A stretch of DNA of 60,569 bases, filler included, from Sphacelaria rigidula (Eukaryota): assembly GCA_964200075.2 (NCBI GenBank). It is 4 parts of 4 records of this genome, joined end to end, with 100 filler letters (N's around TTAATTAATTAA, not from the genome) between each part and the next. Parts side by side here need not be neighbours in the genome. Positions count along the whole stretch, not along the records: positions 1 to 15,068 come from CAXNAA020001920.1; positions 15,169 to 30,236 come from CAXNAA020001921.1; 2 more parts are not named here. One strand, written 5' to 3'. Positions 13,111-25,077 of this stretch are shown one piece after another; position 1 is the stretch's first letter, and each line of letters starts with the position of its first letter. The notes beneath the pieces were generated by a model. The model was not told the DNA's origin, did not search any database, and saw only the letters and a list, made by a program, of their open reading frames with translations. A program made the position numbers and the translations under genes.

Positions 13111-14355
13111 CAAAAGCTCGGGAGGAATCCACGATGGGAATAGCCAAGACAACGTCCCGCTTTGTACCCCACCAGGGATACGCTCGGGTTCACACGGAAA
13201 CTGACGTACTCTCTCTCTCTCGCTCTCTCTCTCTCTCTGATTCTATCCTCCCCTGTATGCAAGTCGCAGTGTAGTGCCTCGCTTCCATAACGGTCATGGG
13301 TGAGAGCTCATACCCGAATTGGTGTGGCCGAAATAGCTGAGCCGCAATATGCTCCCACGGCTGTTATGTTTCGTTTGGGTATCAATGTGCGAGAATCAAT
13401 CAACCTATCAAACGATCAATCGATATACGTCGTTCGCAAAATCACGTGACCATATTTCGCTCACATTTTCCTTTATCCTGTTGCTTGGGGACTTGCCTCC
13501 ATAAAAGTTAGCCACAGAAACCATTTGTGCAAAATTTGGGGAAAGACACGGCCTTCATGTTCGTTGCCAAGCTGTATCCAACGCTCTGATCGTTGTCAGG
13601 GCGTGTCTTCGCACATTTTTTTCGTGAAACATAAAAAAAATACGTGAAATTCGTGAAACAGTACATGGTTGCTTGTGTACAGTACATACAGTTTGTACTG
13701 TTTGCACTGTCTCTTCAGTGCGTGTGTGCGTGATTCGTACAGGCGGTAGGATGTGAAAGAGAAGCCGGCAACGTGCAGTACAGACAGCGCAGGACTATCT
13801 GTTCTCTCTGCTTACAATGCGACGCGAAAAAGACTTGGACAACGTGCAGCTTTGTACTGCCTGCATTGTTCACGAGCGTGTACGAAAGTCGGTTGCCCAT
13901 CCTACCACGCAGTTCCGTCGATGATTCTCACCATGAAAGATGCTCAAGTTTCCGCCAACAAAAAATAAACAAGGCATACCCAACACTCGTACTGCAGTGT
14001 ATCTATCCTAGTGCTCAACTCGTGTTCTATGCTGCAGGGTTGCGGTGGTAGCTGAGAATGAGTTTTACGCAGTTCGCATGGTTCTGTGAATGGGTGGTAT
14101 CTGGCGTGGTCGTCTGTAAGATAAGAGTCAAGTGTCCCTTCGTGTCTTTCGACCGCATGTTTCGATCGAAAAAGCTTAGCTTTTTTGTTTTGTAGTTTTT
14201 CTCCGCGCGCCACTACGAGTGATGATTAAAATAGCTAAAGCCAACTAGGAATAGAAATGCGGTGGATCTATCAGATCGAAAATTTCATTTTCCATCGCAG
14301 TTCTTCGATCGAAGAAAATGCAGACGCAACAGAAATGCTGTACGTGTCTTATTGT

Positions 14356-14732
14356 AAGGCCAACTATAATGGGAGCCGTTCAACATTCCTGTTGAAAACT
14401 GCCTTTTGGGCTCTTCTCCGTCGGTTTACGCCCCAAAAGAGGGCTAGGCGGATGTTGACGCCTTGGGATGACTTCCTCTACTCGTTGAGACGCTTCCAGG
14501 GCAACTTTGCATCGCTTGACCATTCTTTGTTGAAAATCTGTATTTGGCCAAAAATGAAAGTGCGGCCAGCGGGAAATGCAAAGTTGCCCTGGAACGCCCT
14601 CAATGAGTAGAGCAACTCATTCCAACGCGTCAACGGTTGCCTAGCCCTCTTTTCAGGCGTAAAACGACGGAGAAGGGCCAAAACGGTAGTTATAGACAGG
14701 AATTTTGAACGGCTCCCAGTAGAGTCGGTCTC
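14356..14732. mobile_element. Foldback MITE with about 155-bp inverted arms
   Basis: GGGAGCCGTTCAACATTCCTG...TTCCAGGGCAACTTTGCAT is mirrored by ATGCAAAGTTGCCCTGGAA...CAGGAATTTTGAACGGCTCCC. Confidence 0.75.
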
Positions 14733-15068
14733 AGGCCCATTATTATCGACATTGCTTTTTCGGCAATGTCAGAAAATTTCGAGCTCTTCGGACTCTGCGT
14801 CTAGACTTCTTCGAAAAAAGGAAACAACATGATATTTTTTCCGAAGCTTCAGTTTTGGAGAAGTCTGAAAAATTCGGAGTGGACCGCAGCACTTCCGAGA
14901 GCTGCCCTGCGCGTACGGTGTGGCCCTCGCAAGCATTCCAGAGTCATCGGGTACCTTGCCAGTCCCGAAAAATTCAAAAATTCGGAAATCTCCGAAAAAA
15001 TAGGGGCAATATACAAAAAAGGGTAGACCCTCATGTTTTTGGAGCAAAAAAGGGTGGCGCATTTTTCG

Positions 15069-15168
15069 NNNNNNNNNNNNNNNNNNNNNNNNNNNNNNNN
15101 NNNNNNNNNNNNTTAATTAATTAANNNNNNNNNNNNNNNNNNNNNNNNNNNNNNNNNNNNNNNNNNNN
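15069..15168. other. Artificial scaffold spacer N44-TTAATTAATTAA-N44
   Basis: Exactly 100 bp, with a palindromic stop-codon linker; identical to the spacers at 30237 and 45404. Confidence 0.97.
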
Positions 15169-15489
15169 GGTTAAACTTATTGGTGTGTATAGGAAAAAGT
15201 GCTAACTTTATATAAATATAAAAAAAAAAAAGTATGGGGGGACCCCCCCCCCCCCCCCCCCCTCAGAAGGTCGAAAATAAAAAATGGGAGTGTGGGTCCA
15301 GGAATAATGGTTTTGTGCCCTCTTGAGGTAGCGGCTCTTATTTCTTTGCTAGAGGCCAAAAGCCTACCTAGCAGCGGTGCTGCTCTTCATTCATTATTCC
15401 AGTTTTTTCAGGTTATTCGCCAGACTCCGCTGGGCTGTTCGCCACGGAGGGCGACACACACCGACGGCGCAATTATCCTTACTGTATAA

Positions 15490-18098
15490 GGGACCGGATG
15501 AGCATTGCCTGCCGAACTGCTCAGCTTGGGGCAGCCGAGGAGCCTCAGGAGAATCTATGCCACTTCCAGAGTGCCATCGCGTTGCTGTTTGGACGTTTGG
15601 CGAGGTGCAGCGGGAATGGAAGGACATCAACATCAATGTGCTACACAATTAGGATGGGACCGACCGTGAGAACAAACAGCAGGGCCCTCGAAACACATGC
15701 CGATAAAGCTTCGACTTGTCATCGTAGTCAACGGAATCGGTAGTTTCCATGAAACCCGGGGATTTCTCCTGAAGAACAACGCGGGTTCCGGCGCGGGTTC
15801 CGGCGCTAGTGATCGACCACCGGCATGACGTTCGTAGTACACGCCGACCACAGGAGATGAGACCGGCCAGCATGTTGTCTCGCTCAACATGTAGTCCACC
15901 GACCTGTAGAAGGCGTGTGACCCGCACGCTCGTAGAGAAATATTGCCCATTTCGGAGTCCCACTGCGGATGACCTCGACAGTCGCCACATTTAACGACGA
16001 CATGCGAGCTCGGGTATCTCTGGATATTGGCGAGCTGTGAGAGTGGCTCCACATCTGTCACGGGCTCAGGCAAGGATACGCTTCTTCCCCGTCACTGCTC
16101 GGTATCTTCGGCGAGCAACTATCGACGTGATTGTGGAGAGTTTCGTGGCAGACCCGACCATTGCACCATACGTGGTATGCGTAGATGATACGCCACAAGC
16201 GAATGGCGGGTGAACTTCTGGATGGAAGATACGCCGCTGTAAAGAAAGAGTATACCACGCGGTGTGGAGAATGCTGTGTGTTGATGATGCAGGCATAGCG
16301 TGTGAAAGTCCTCGGACTGGCTTGCGAGTGTAATCGCTGCGAACGATATAAGTTGCGGCATCTCTCTCCGGATTTCGGTCTTTCGGTCGGTATGAGAACA
16401 GATATAGTCAATGCGGCTGCGGTCAGTACACAGCTCCCCAGAGACCACACTGCAGATCAAGGCTTCAAGCCAATGGCATAAATAACGAGCGACTTTGTTT
16501 AGCTCGGCGGTGCTGTCAGCGTAGATGCAAATACTTCAGTCGGAATCATACGCCGCCTTCGGACTGGGTGGGCAAGCCTCCGACAGTACGGTATGTATGA
16601 TTCACAACTATGTGATCGACTAAGTTTCCCGGCGCTCTCTCAAAACCCCACTTCTCCAGGCGGCGGAGGAGGTGGAAGTTCTGCTGCGCGGATGTACCAT
16701 CTGGACACTGCGCCAACAGCGCTTCAATACCCTGCGCATGGCCCACCACAAGCGTTCACCGCAAGCAGTTAGATTCCGCAAGGTCACCGTGGCCACGAAG
16801 GCTTCTCCAGACAGAGATGTTGTGTTCCAGAGTAGCAAATGCGGATGTGCAAGACGGCTATCCGCAAACATCAATTTTGTTTGGCGGCAGAAAGTCTTGT
16901 CGGGCAGAACGGAAGGCGTCTTCCAAAACGCATCGCGTGCGAACAGTTGGCCGCACACGCGCCCAAGGACGCTGGCCGGCCTTTAAAACACTGGGGAGAC
17001 TGCCTCGATAGAACGCCGCGTGCACTGGGGGCTGTCCTGCGCAAGACAAAGCAAATAAAATGTTCGTCTTCGGGATAGAGATAAAATATTCATGATATTT
17101 GGTCACTCTCGGAGCTTAACTTGACCCTTGGACAGCGAGAGTAGGTCGTCTGTTGAATCGGTATCAATTTCACTTGAAAAAAGTATGCATGGTCTAGACG
17201 AAATACGTTCGCGGTCTAAGGGTTAAGTGGATAAATTGTACCTCAGGGTCAAGAAGGGAGCGGAGGAGTACGAGGAGGCAAAGCGACGCCAGCCATAATG
17301 TCGCTCCGGACTACGCCACAAGCAAGAGACTGCTGAATTGAAAGCCGCAAGAGGAGGAGCTGCTATCGCTGACATAACTTCAATTATCCAAATATGGAAA
17401 TGGCTCGGAGAGAGGGCGATTTGCTCAGTGGTCCACGAGTAGGGATGCAGGGCTGAGGCCAGGGTAACATGGAAACTGGTGCGCCTCAGTCTTTTTTATC
17501 AATTGCTGGAATCTCCCCTTGCCCGCAACCTTACTTAGCGGCGTTCCGGTGCATGGTTTGCTTCACCCTTGGGTTCCGTCTTACCTTCGTTTCCTCATAT
17601 TTCGCCCTCTACAGAGAGCCCCGTCTCTCCTCTACACTCCCTCTCATCTTGTGTTCCGCTTTGCTCTGCTGTAGCGTCATAGCAGAGAGTCCACATCCAT
17701 ATAGTGTGGTTCCCAAACAGCCGAACCTGCTTGCGATGTTCACGGCCCACGGCCTTGTATCTTTCGTTTCGTTTTCCTTCACTGTTTCTCCGTACGACCT
17801 CCTCACGCCAAGCTATGCGAAAGGGGTCGAGCATCCTCTGCCGGCCTTTTATCCAAACCGGCTATCAGGAGGTGTGTTTTTGTTTCATTTTGTTCACTCC
17901 TTTTTTCCCCTTTACATTCCTGTTTGTCTGCTCTCGTTTGGTCAGCTTACTACCCTGTCCCATCATTTCTTTCACCCCCCATTCGTCGAGTTACTTTTAG
18001 CGGTTATTCCGGTTTCGTTTGCATTGGGAACGTCTCTTCACTTCATGTGACAACATGGATTCATCGGGGATCGGTTGTTGTAGAACAATCAATCGATC
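15490..18098 (+). mobile_element. Decayed RTE-like LINE (RT, C-terminal region and 3' UTR)
   Basis: Frameshifted RT motifs VWTFGEVQREWKD, EWLHICHGLRQG and VWRMLCVDDAGI (YADD site), then EVLLRGCTIWTL...HHKR and RLPKRI. A pyrimidine-rich 3' UTR ends in CAATCAATC. Confidence 0.8.
17125..17222. mobile_element. About 100-bp piggyBac-like MITE inserted in the LINE
   Basis: TTGA-CCCTTGGACAGCGA ... TCGCGGTCTAAGGG-TTAA. Confidence 0.6.
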
Positions 18099-18779
18099 GA
18101 CCAGTGGTCTTGCCGGCACGGTGCTGGTACAATATCCCCTGCGAATTGCAAGTCCAGACGATTTGCTCAAGCACCCGTGTGTCCAAGCATGAAAGGGCAG
18201 TCAGCGGGTGATATCTCGGTTGGGCTGTGCAAACCGCGGTTGCCCTACGTGAACAGTCATCTAGACACTTCGTCTCATCGATGCATCCAGCATTGTGTTT
18301 GTATTTCCAAGGGCCATCATCTCCTCTTCTTTTTGCTGGATACTTTTCTTCTGCGAGATGCGGACCACCTCCTTCTGCAGATGTCAGACCTTTGCGGGGG
18401 AAACTGATATTCTTGTATCCCACGCGTGTGAGCAAGGACGGACTTCCACCGCCTTTTGACACTTGAAACGCCTTCAGGCTATGTGCAATAAATTCAACTC
18501 TATCGGACTGAAAATGCAACCTCTAGCCCTTCAGTTCTGCCTCTTTCATTCAAAACTCCTCGCCTAATGAAGCCGGTGATCTCATCTACAGCACAGCCGT
18601 TTGTCCGTTTCAACCATCTGCCGCGTTTGACGTGAACCAAGAAGGAACGAGTGAATCAACCGCTGCATCATTAAAGGCACAATGTAAAAACCAGTGAAAA
18701 AATATCAAAAGGAGACAAAACAAGGTAAGGTGAACTTCAAAGGCGATGATATGCGACACATCCCGCCGCCTTTACATCG

Positions 18780-21700
18780 TCAATGCTTCTTCTCATTCGT
18801 TCTGTGTCGTCTTACGCGCATCGCCCCTATTACACTACATGAAAGGGCAGATAATTCTATTGCAGCGAGTCCGCCACCAGCGCGTTTTCCTCCGAAATAC
18901 GAGGCAACCCCCAAGCTCACTCCTCCCGCCGTCAAGACTCCCAACATCATGATCCAGCCCCTCCGGTTCAGTCTGTATCCACGACACCAAGAGGTACGAC
19001 ACGAGGACACAGGTTAGCATAACATTTGGGATAGCTCAACTTGCGTCACGTCCCACCTGTGACACACTGATGGTGCCAACCAAGCACTACCGCGTCCCTT
19101 CCAAAAACTTGACTTGCAATCGTGTCACCGAACCGCCGCCGTCCCATTCCCACTTTTCTGTAAAGTCAACGTTCTCATTGTACTGTTCTAAGGAACTTTA
19201 TACTGCGTGGTCAGGGAAATTTTGCGGCTGAACCACTTCCAAAGACGTATAGGGTGGCAAAACCCGCCGTCAGCTGACTAAAACGAAGTCATGAGACATC
19301 AGCAGAGCAACCTCGGTAGCGTCGTCGGCAAACATTGAAGTAGGTCTGGGGCCGTTATGGGTACCCCGTGTGTGCACAACACGATGATCGTCCAAGTCAA
19401 CCGCGAAATAAACGGGTAGGGCGTGACAGCGCCGATTTCGCCTGCCGTGATGGTAGTGCGGGGACAGTCATACCACGCCCCATCAGATGAACATGCTGAA
19501 GGATTCATGAACACGCACCTGTCATAATGATTCTGAATCTCGCCCGCAGAGTTCGTCCACGGGAACGGGACATCTGGCACCGGCACCCCAAGAAACGCGC
19601 AAAGCGGTTCCCATCCTTCCTTCACAGAGAACTCCAGAAGCTTTCCTCGACGAACGAAGCCGCGACGCACGTTTGGTTCCATTTGCAGTCGCGATTGAGT
19701 TACGATATCGAGCATCTCATCAGCAATGGAGGTCCACGCGAAGGAACGGAACTCAGCACAGCCGAGGTGATGGTGGAGAGCTCATGTACCTGCACGGTTT
19801 CTTCTTGCCATTTGTACACCTGAAACAACATGCTTCGGTGAATTGTTTACCCTCGCCCCCGGATCGTGGGGAAAAAAAAAAAATGTTCCCCGTATCCTGA
19901 AGACTGCTTCACTGAGAAAGGTCAGCTAGGAGGATACATGAGAGACGGCAGTCGGCAAGCACGCCTTCACCTTGTCAGCAGGAACGTGTGCTTTCACTTC
20001 GGCGATGTGTCGAATGTAGTCTGTTTTTGCTTCTTTCTCGGCCATGTTCAGGGTAGCAATCTTCCATCCCATGACACAGTAGCGCCGGTACCACGGACTG
20101 AGCACTTCCATGAAGAATTGGCCTGAACAAATGGGGGCAAGTTGTTATGCCATGTAAGGAAGATGGTCATGAGAAGATCAATGATACGATATGATTGCGA
20201 TGAAAACCAATGATGCAACGGAATTGTGACGTGCATATATAGCGGGCGATGGTAGCTATTCGTCGGGGACTTCACGAGACGAATAGTACTGTCAGACGAG
20301 AGAGTTACGCGCGCGCTGCAACATCAAGTATGAGATGACTTGTCATTCTTACATAATTGAGTTTTGAAGCAAACGGCGACCGCTCCATACCGCACAAGAC
20401 AAGCATCGATCACCACGTCCAATAGTAAGTATCGTAATTTTGGGGTACCGCACGGTACAAGTTTGTAAATATCCCCTGCTAGGAAAGCCCTGAAGTGTTG
20501 GCAGTGCACCAATAATGAGCAGCGACATGTGATAAATAACGGGTGGGTGAACAAGGGTGGACTTCCGGCTGTGACAGATCTTTGCCCTTGTAGGACATGG
20601 TTCTGACTTGCAGGGGCGACGAAAATTGCTATCGATATCCCAGGTTTGTTCAGCCTGGTTGTTCTGGGCATCAGCTCATCACTCAGTGGTGTCGCCATAG
20701 GATATGCAGACGTACGTGGTGGACACGAGAATAGGAAAGTGAGGCCTTGGTCTCATGAGTGTTTTCATCCGAGCATGACCCCATTTCGCGTAGGTAGGTC
20801 CCTATCTGACGTCTTGCGTGTTCACGAAATTTCAAAACTGAGAGCAGTGGCTGCTACACCTCCATTCAAGACAAGGGAAAGCAAGTTTGCTGTGAAGACC
20901 AGGAAGTGCCGGGGAGAACCATGTCACGGACTGCACTTATCATTACCTCCCCTTTTCGGAACACTACGCGATGCTTGCAGCCAGACATAGATTCCACCTA
21001 CAGTAGGTGGCCCCATTCAAGGCCATTGTAGATTTTACGCTCTTTATGTAAGGCCTAAACAGCTCTACATCGGTTGAAGGTCACTATACATTCAAGGCCG
21101 CCTTTTTCGGGATGGATCTTGGTGGCCTTCAATCGGGTCACCTACTGTATTGGGTGTTTGCGGCTTCCTCCAAGTACTAGCCCCACCGCCATCAACATCG
21201 ACCCTCTTTCTCCTCCAGCACTATTGGTCTGATCTTCTTACCCCACGCGTGCTCGTGCGGTCCATCGCTGTGAATAGAACCAATAACGCTCTTCCACCAA
21301 GAGTCGGCATCCCTGAGCGTAACGATGACCTTCGCGTCCGGATATTCCTGCATGATCTCCTGCCGCCGGCCGAAAGGGTGATGAAAAATGACGCAGCATA
21401 GAACGAATCTATATAAACAGGGGCCAGCTAGGAGCTGCATGGAGAAGATGATTTGCACTCATCGCTGTATCACCACCCACCAGTGCAAGAATTTTGCCAC
21501 AATAAAGCAATGCTGTATCGGCCAGCTCATGTTTCCATCTGCACAACGCATGCTTTACACGTGCCCGTTGTATAATTGACGGCGACAAACGTCGCGGATA
21601 CGGAAATTGTAGTCTGCACCGCTGACCCGTATTTGGTTTGAGTACAGATATCGCCACCGCGCCCCGGTGTTGTAATGGTGCGACTGCCGCCAATTAGGGT

Positions 21701-24700
21701 GGACAGAACGAGGGTTCGATTCCCGATGCCTTGGATTTTTTCTTCGTAATGTCTGATTCCCACCGTGGAAAGCGTGAGAACGTGAGTAAACGAAGTAGTT
21801 GACTGAGTTTGTTTGACGCGAGATGACGCGGTGCGGGAGTGCTGGTCATGATCCAATCCGCGAGACCAAAATGCAAGGCGTGTACCGGGGGAGAGGTGGG
21901 TTGATCCCTTGGGACCACGGGCTCATCCCGAGGAAAGGGAGGGGTTCAAAGTGCGACAAAAAAAATAATGTAGTACAACACCTAGCGAGCATGACCGATT
22001 GTGGGAACGGTTGCAATGTGTTACAAGGGAAGGTGGGGCCTGTCGCAGGATTGGTACCCACCACTCTCGAGTGAGGATAACCACTCGGTTACATGAAGCG
22101 ACTGTCGTCTGGTTGTTGGTGTTGCAAAGATGGCTGCTTTCATAGGGCAATGGTTCCTGTGACAAGGCGACCTCCGTACTCTCGGGATCATCGATGTTCA
22201 TTGGGGAGTTTTGACAGGGATGTGTGTTCACTGAAACGCCTGAAATGAAGTAGGGTGGCTTTTCAATAGCTGGCTCAAATTTGTGTTCGACTTTCCTCCG
22301 GTTGTTTCTGGACCATCCAGTGACACAATACTAGTATCAAACACACGCCGTGAATGACCGACGCACGTACAAGGAGACATCGAAATATCCAACGCGTGTT
22401 TCTCACGCGTCTCGAGAAGCCTGGGTATGCCAGTAGAGGTCATCTAGAGCATAACCGCCGTGCTTGTCATGTCTCTGTCTTAGTTCTTACTTTCGGTGCA
22501 TAATCTTCATGCCCAAACGCTCTCCACAAAATTTGGCGATAGTTCCACTCACAGCACTCACTGGCATTCTACTCTCTCTCCATAACTAAACGCATGGCTA
22601 CCAGAGACACAATCCTGACCTGATACCTACCCACGATCAAGGAAATGATCGGACCATTCTGTAAGGCTGTGGCCACAGCTGCGGACTTCAGTGAGGTCTG
22701 CTAATAAGATCTCGTTGTGCGTGCAGTGATGAATCATCAGGTCGTACAAATATGAGTTGAGTTATCTTAATTGAAGGTGATGCGGACGACGGAATGGAGT
22801 TCGGCGTTGCACAAGAACTTGATTTACTGTACCAGCTTCGGAAAACAAACCATCGCCAGTGTGGGCGCCAGGATGAAATTGAGCCGGATTGCTTTCAGAA
22901 GGTGGCCATGAAGTTCTCCACGGCGTGTATCAGCACGTTCAAGTTCTTGATTTGTACCGCACCTGGTTCTCCCGGGGGTCATTAACATATAACACGAAAC
23001 CAGGCGTAACACTAAATGGCCACCTTCACCCGACCGCTGAAAGCTGTGAATAACATAATGGCGCGCTCCTTCTCAAGTTCATCAGGTGCACACATGTGTA
23101 CAAAACAATACGACCATCTCCAAGTCTTATCCCGAGCTCAATCTCTATACAGCTCGCCTGAATCCTACACTAATACTCATGGCTCGGCATGAGTTAAAAG
23201 AAAGTGCATCTAGATGACATGGGTTGTAAGGGAGTACATCCAAGCTCTGTGTATCTGTAACATGTGCGTTGAGGCGGTGTGACGTGGAAGGGTGTGCGTC
23301 TGGGCTTAAACGGGTTGGTAGGATGTACATCCGAGCAATATACGGTGGTATAGCGTGCGTGTGGATCAAACCAACGTTCGACAAGCATCTGCAATGATGT
23401 GAGAGGGTAGCTGGATACCGCTAGACAACGATGGTAAATTGTACTTGAGCATTAACAGGATTTTTACAGCGTTCGCTCCCCGGACGTGACCACACACGAC
23501 GCTGTCAGAGCAGTCAATACAACAGGCCATACAACTACACAACAGTCTCGTCCCGGAAAACAATTACCGCGTCCAGTACATCGCTACGCGAACTCGTGGG
23601 AGCCACGCATGTACTCGTCGTTCAGTCGTGTCTACTATGATTGGCTTGGGAAACAGTCGCTTTTTACTTGCACCAACGTGTGTCTGTTACTACGAGGGGA
23701 AACTTCACCTTATAGAAGTCCGCCGCAGGCCAATCCGCGACGGAGCCATATCCATCAAAGATTTCGGCCACGGGTAGGCCTCGTCCTTCATAGCCATCGA
23801 TCCAGAGCTGTCGGAGATGAAACCCGCGAGAGCAGGATTACAGGACGTCATACTTCCCCGTACTTTTCATCCAGAACATGCGGCGTTGCAGAAGATTATC
23901 AGAGCTACTTTCAAACGTGCCGTTCGACCTAATGTTACGGTTCAGACGAAGCACGTCTGAACACAGTACGCACCCGATGCTGACTTTAGTCGACTTCTCG
24001 GTCGCGACAAAACCAATGAGACTCCCGGAACATCAATCGACGGCGCGTTGCCCGAAGGTGGACACACATCTCGTACGCGAGAGTCATCCTATCGCCCTCA
24101 CGATTGCTCCTTTGCACCAACTATCCTCAATGCAGCAGGCCAATGTGGACGGGCGTCATTCAGCGCAAATGATGGCATGACGTGGTTGGCCTACAGCCCC
24201 GGTACCCTGAGCGCACCAGGAGTTCAAGTTCACTGGATAGGGCGCCGTGCGATGATTAAGGCCCTGCTTCTGTCCTGACCTTGCCGTATTGACGGCCTGA
24301 TATCCCTAAAACCACGCCGGTTCCCGGTGCACCATGGACACAATATGAATGGTACTTCAATTGGCAGGTATCACATGAGCATTGCGCAGCAGGAGCACCG
24401 CGAGTGGTGATGCCACTTTTTCCATGCCCCTTGAAGATGGGACAAGTGATACTACCGTAGAAAGGAGCTCAGCAGGCCTGCATGTAATGCGTTGCTCACC
24501 TTTGGATGAGTGTTCATGTGTTTGCTAATCAGCTGAAACACTGTGAAGCGAAACCAGGAAATCGCAAGCGCGGCGAAAGCGGCGAACACACATGTGCATG
24601 AGTGTGACGGTGAGTGAGAGACGCTCAACGGGGACTGGCTCGCGGGTAACTTTCACGGTAGCAGGAAGTGAGTACGTACGCTGTTGCTGTGCTAGTGCGC

Positions 24701-25077
24701 ATGTTCAAGCTACTGCGCGTTGCCGAAATACTTTCGTTTTTGCCCATGCAAAACGTCGCGAACTGGCAACGTACGTGAACATCTCGCGTGCGAATCCTCG
24801 TACGCCGGTGCACACTGTGAAGTCGTAATTGAGCAGAGAGACTAACCTCGCTTCGCACTCCACCACCGGACATTTTGCTGAGTTCGAAATCTCAGAAATT
24901 CGTCATGCGCACGTCGAAGCCGTGATTTTCGTTCACTAGTGCTCTCTATGGACATGGCTGATGGCAACCCGACTTCGAAAACTTACTGTGGTAGCACGGG
25001 CCGAAACCCAGGATCTCCAGGGCTACTCTCATCGAGTTCGTACCCGTCCGTCCATAGCTGGGGCAGATGACCTGCAT
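18780..25077 (-). CDS. P-loop sulfotransferase-family protein (Sulfotransfer_4/PF17784-like) with hydrophobic C-terminal tail, 271 aa
   Basis: Seven phase-consistent exons: 24987-25077, 24500-24540, 23709-23807, 21242-21359, 19971-20122, 19519-19640 and 18780-18972 (816 nt). Family motifs: MQVICPSYGRTGTNSMRVALEILGFGPCYHM, VADWPAADFYKEIMQEYPDAKVIVTLRDADSWWKS, VKAHVPADKLLEFSVKEGWEPLCAFLGVPVPDVPFPWTN. Confidence 0.92.
21001..21147. mobile_element. TA-flanked Tc1/mariner-type MITE in a sulfotransferase intron
   Basis: TA-CAGTAGGTGGCCCCATTCAAGGCCA ... TGGCCTTCAATCGGGTCACCTACTG-TA. Confidence 0.75.
21658..21966 (+). mobile_element. tRNA-derived SINE (about 310 bp)
   Basis: A-box-like GGTGTTGTAATGG and B-box GGTTCGATTCC, a conserved body (GACGCGGTGCGGGAGTGCTG) and a 3' end AAAGTGCGAC(A)n. 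Further copies lie at about 8930-9165, 27937-28232, 43400-43590, 44180-44380 (-) and 55585-55820. Confidence 0.8.

Noticed and set aside
15113..15124. TTAATTAATTAA palindrome (three occurrences) as a biological motif or piggyBac target
   Set aside because: It is always centred in exactly 44+44 Ns, so it is an assembly linker.
17469..18050. 193-aa hydrophobic ORF as a membrane protein
   Set aside because: It lies in the pyrimidine-rich 3' UTR of the RTE-like LINE, and composition explains the hydrophobicity. ORFs 48134-48667 and 49438-50052 are likewise antisense shadows of a LINE.
22600..23140. Coding-looking stretch inside a sulfotransferase intron
   Set aside because: No frame stays open and I recognise no domain; probably an old TE relic, left uncalled.
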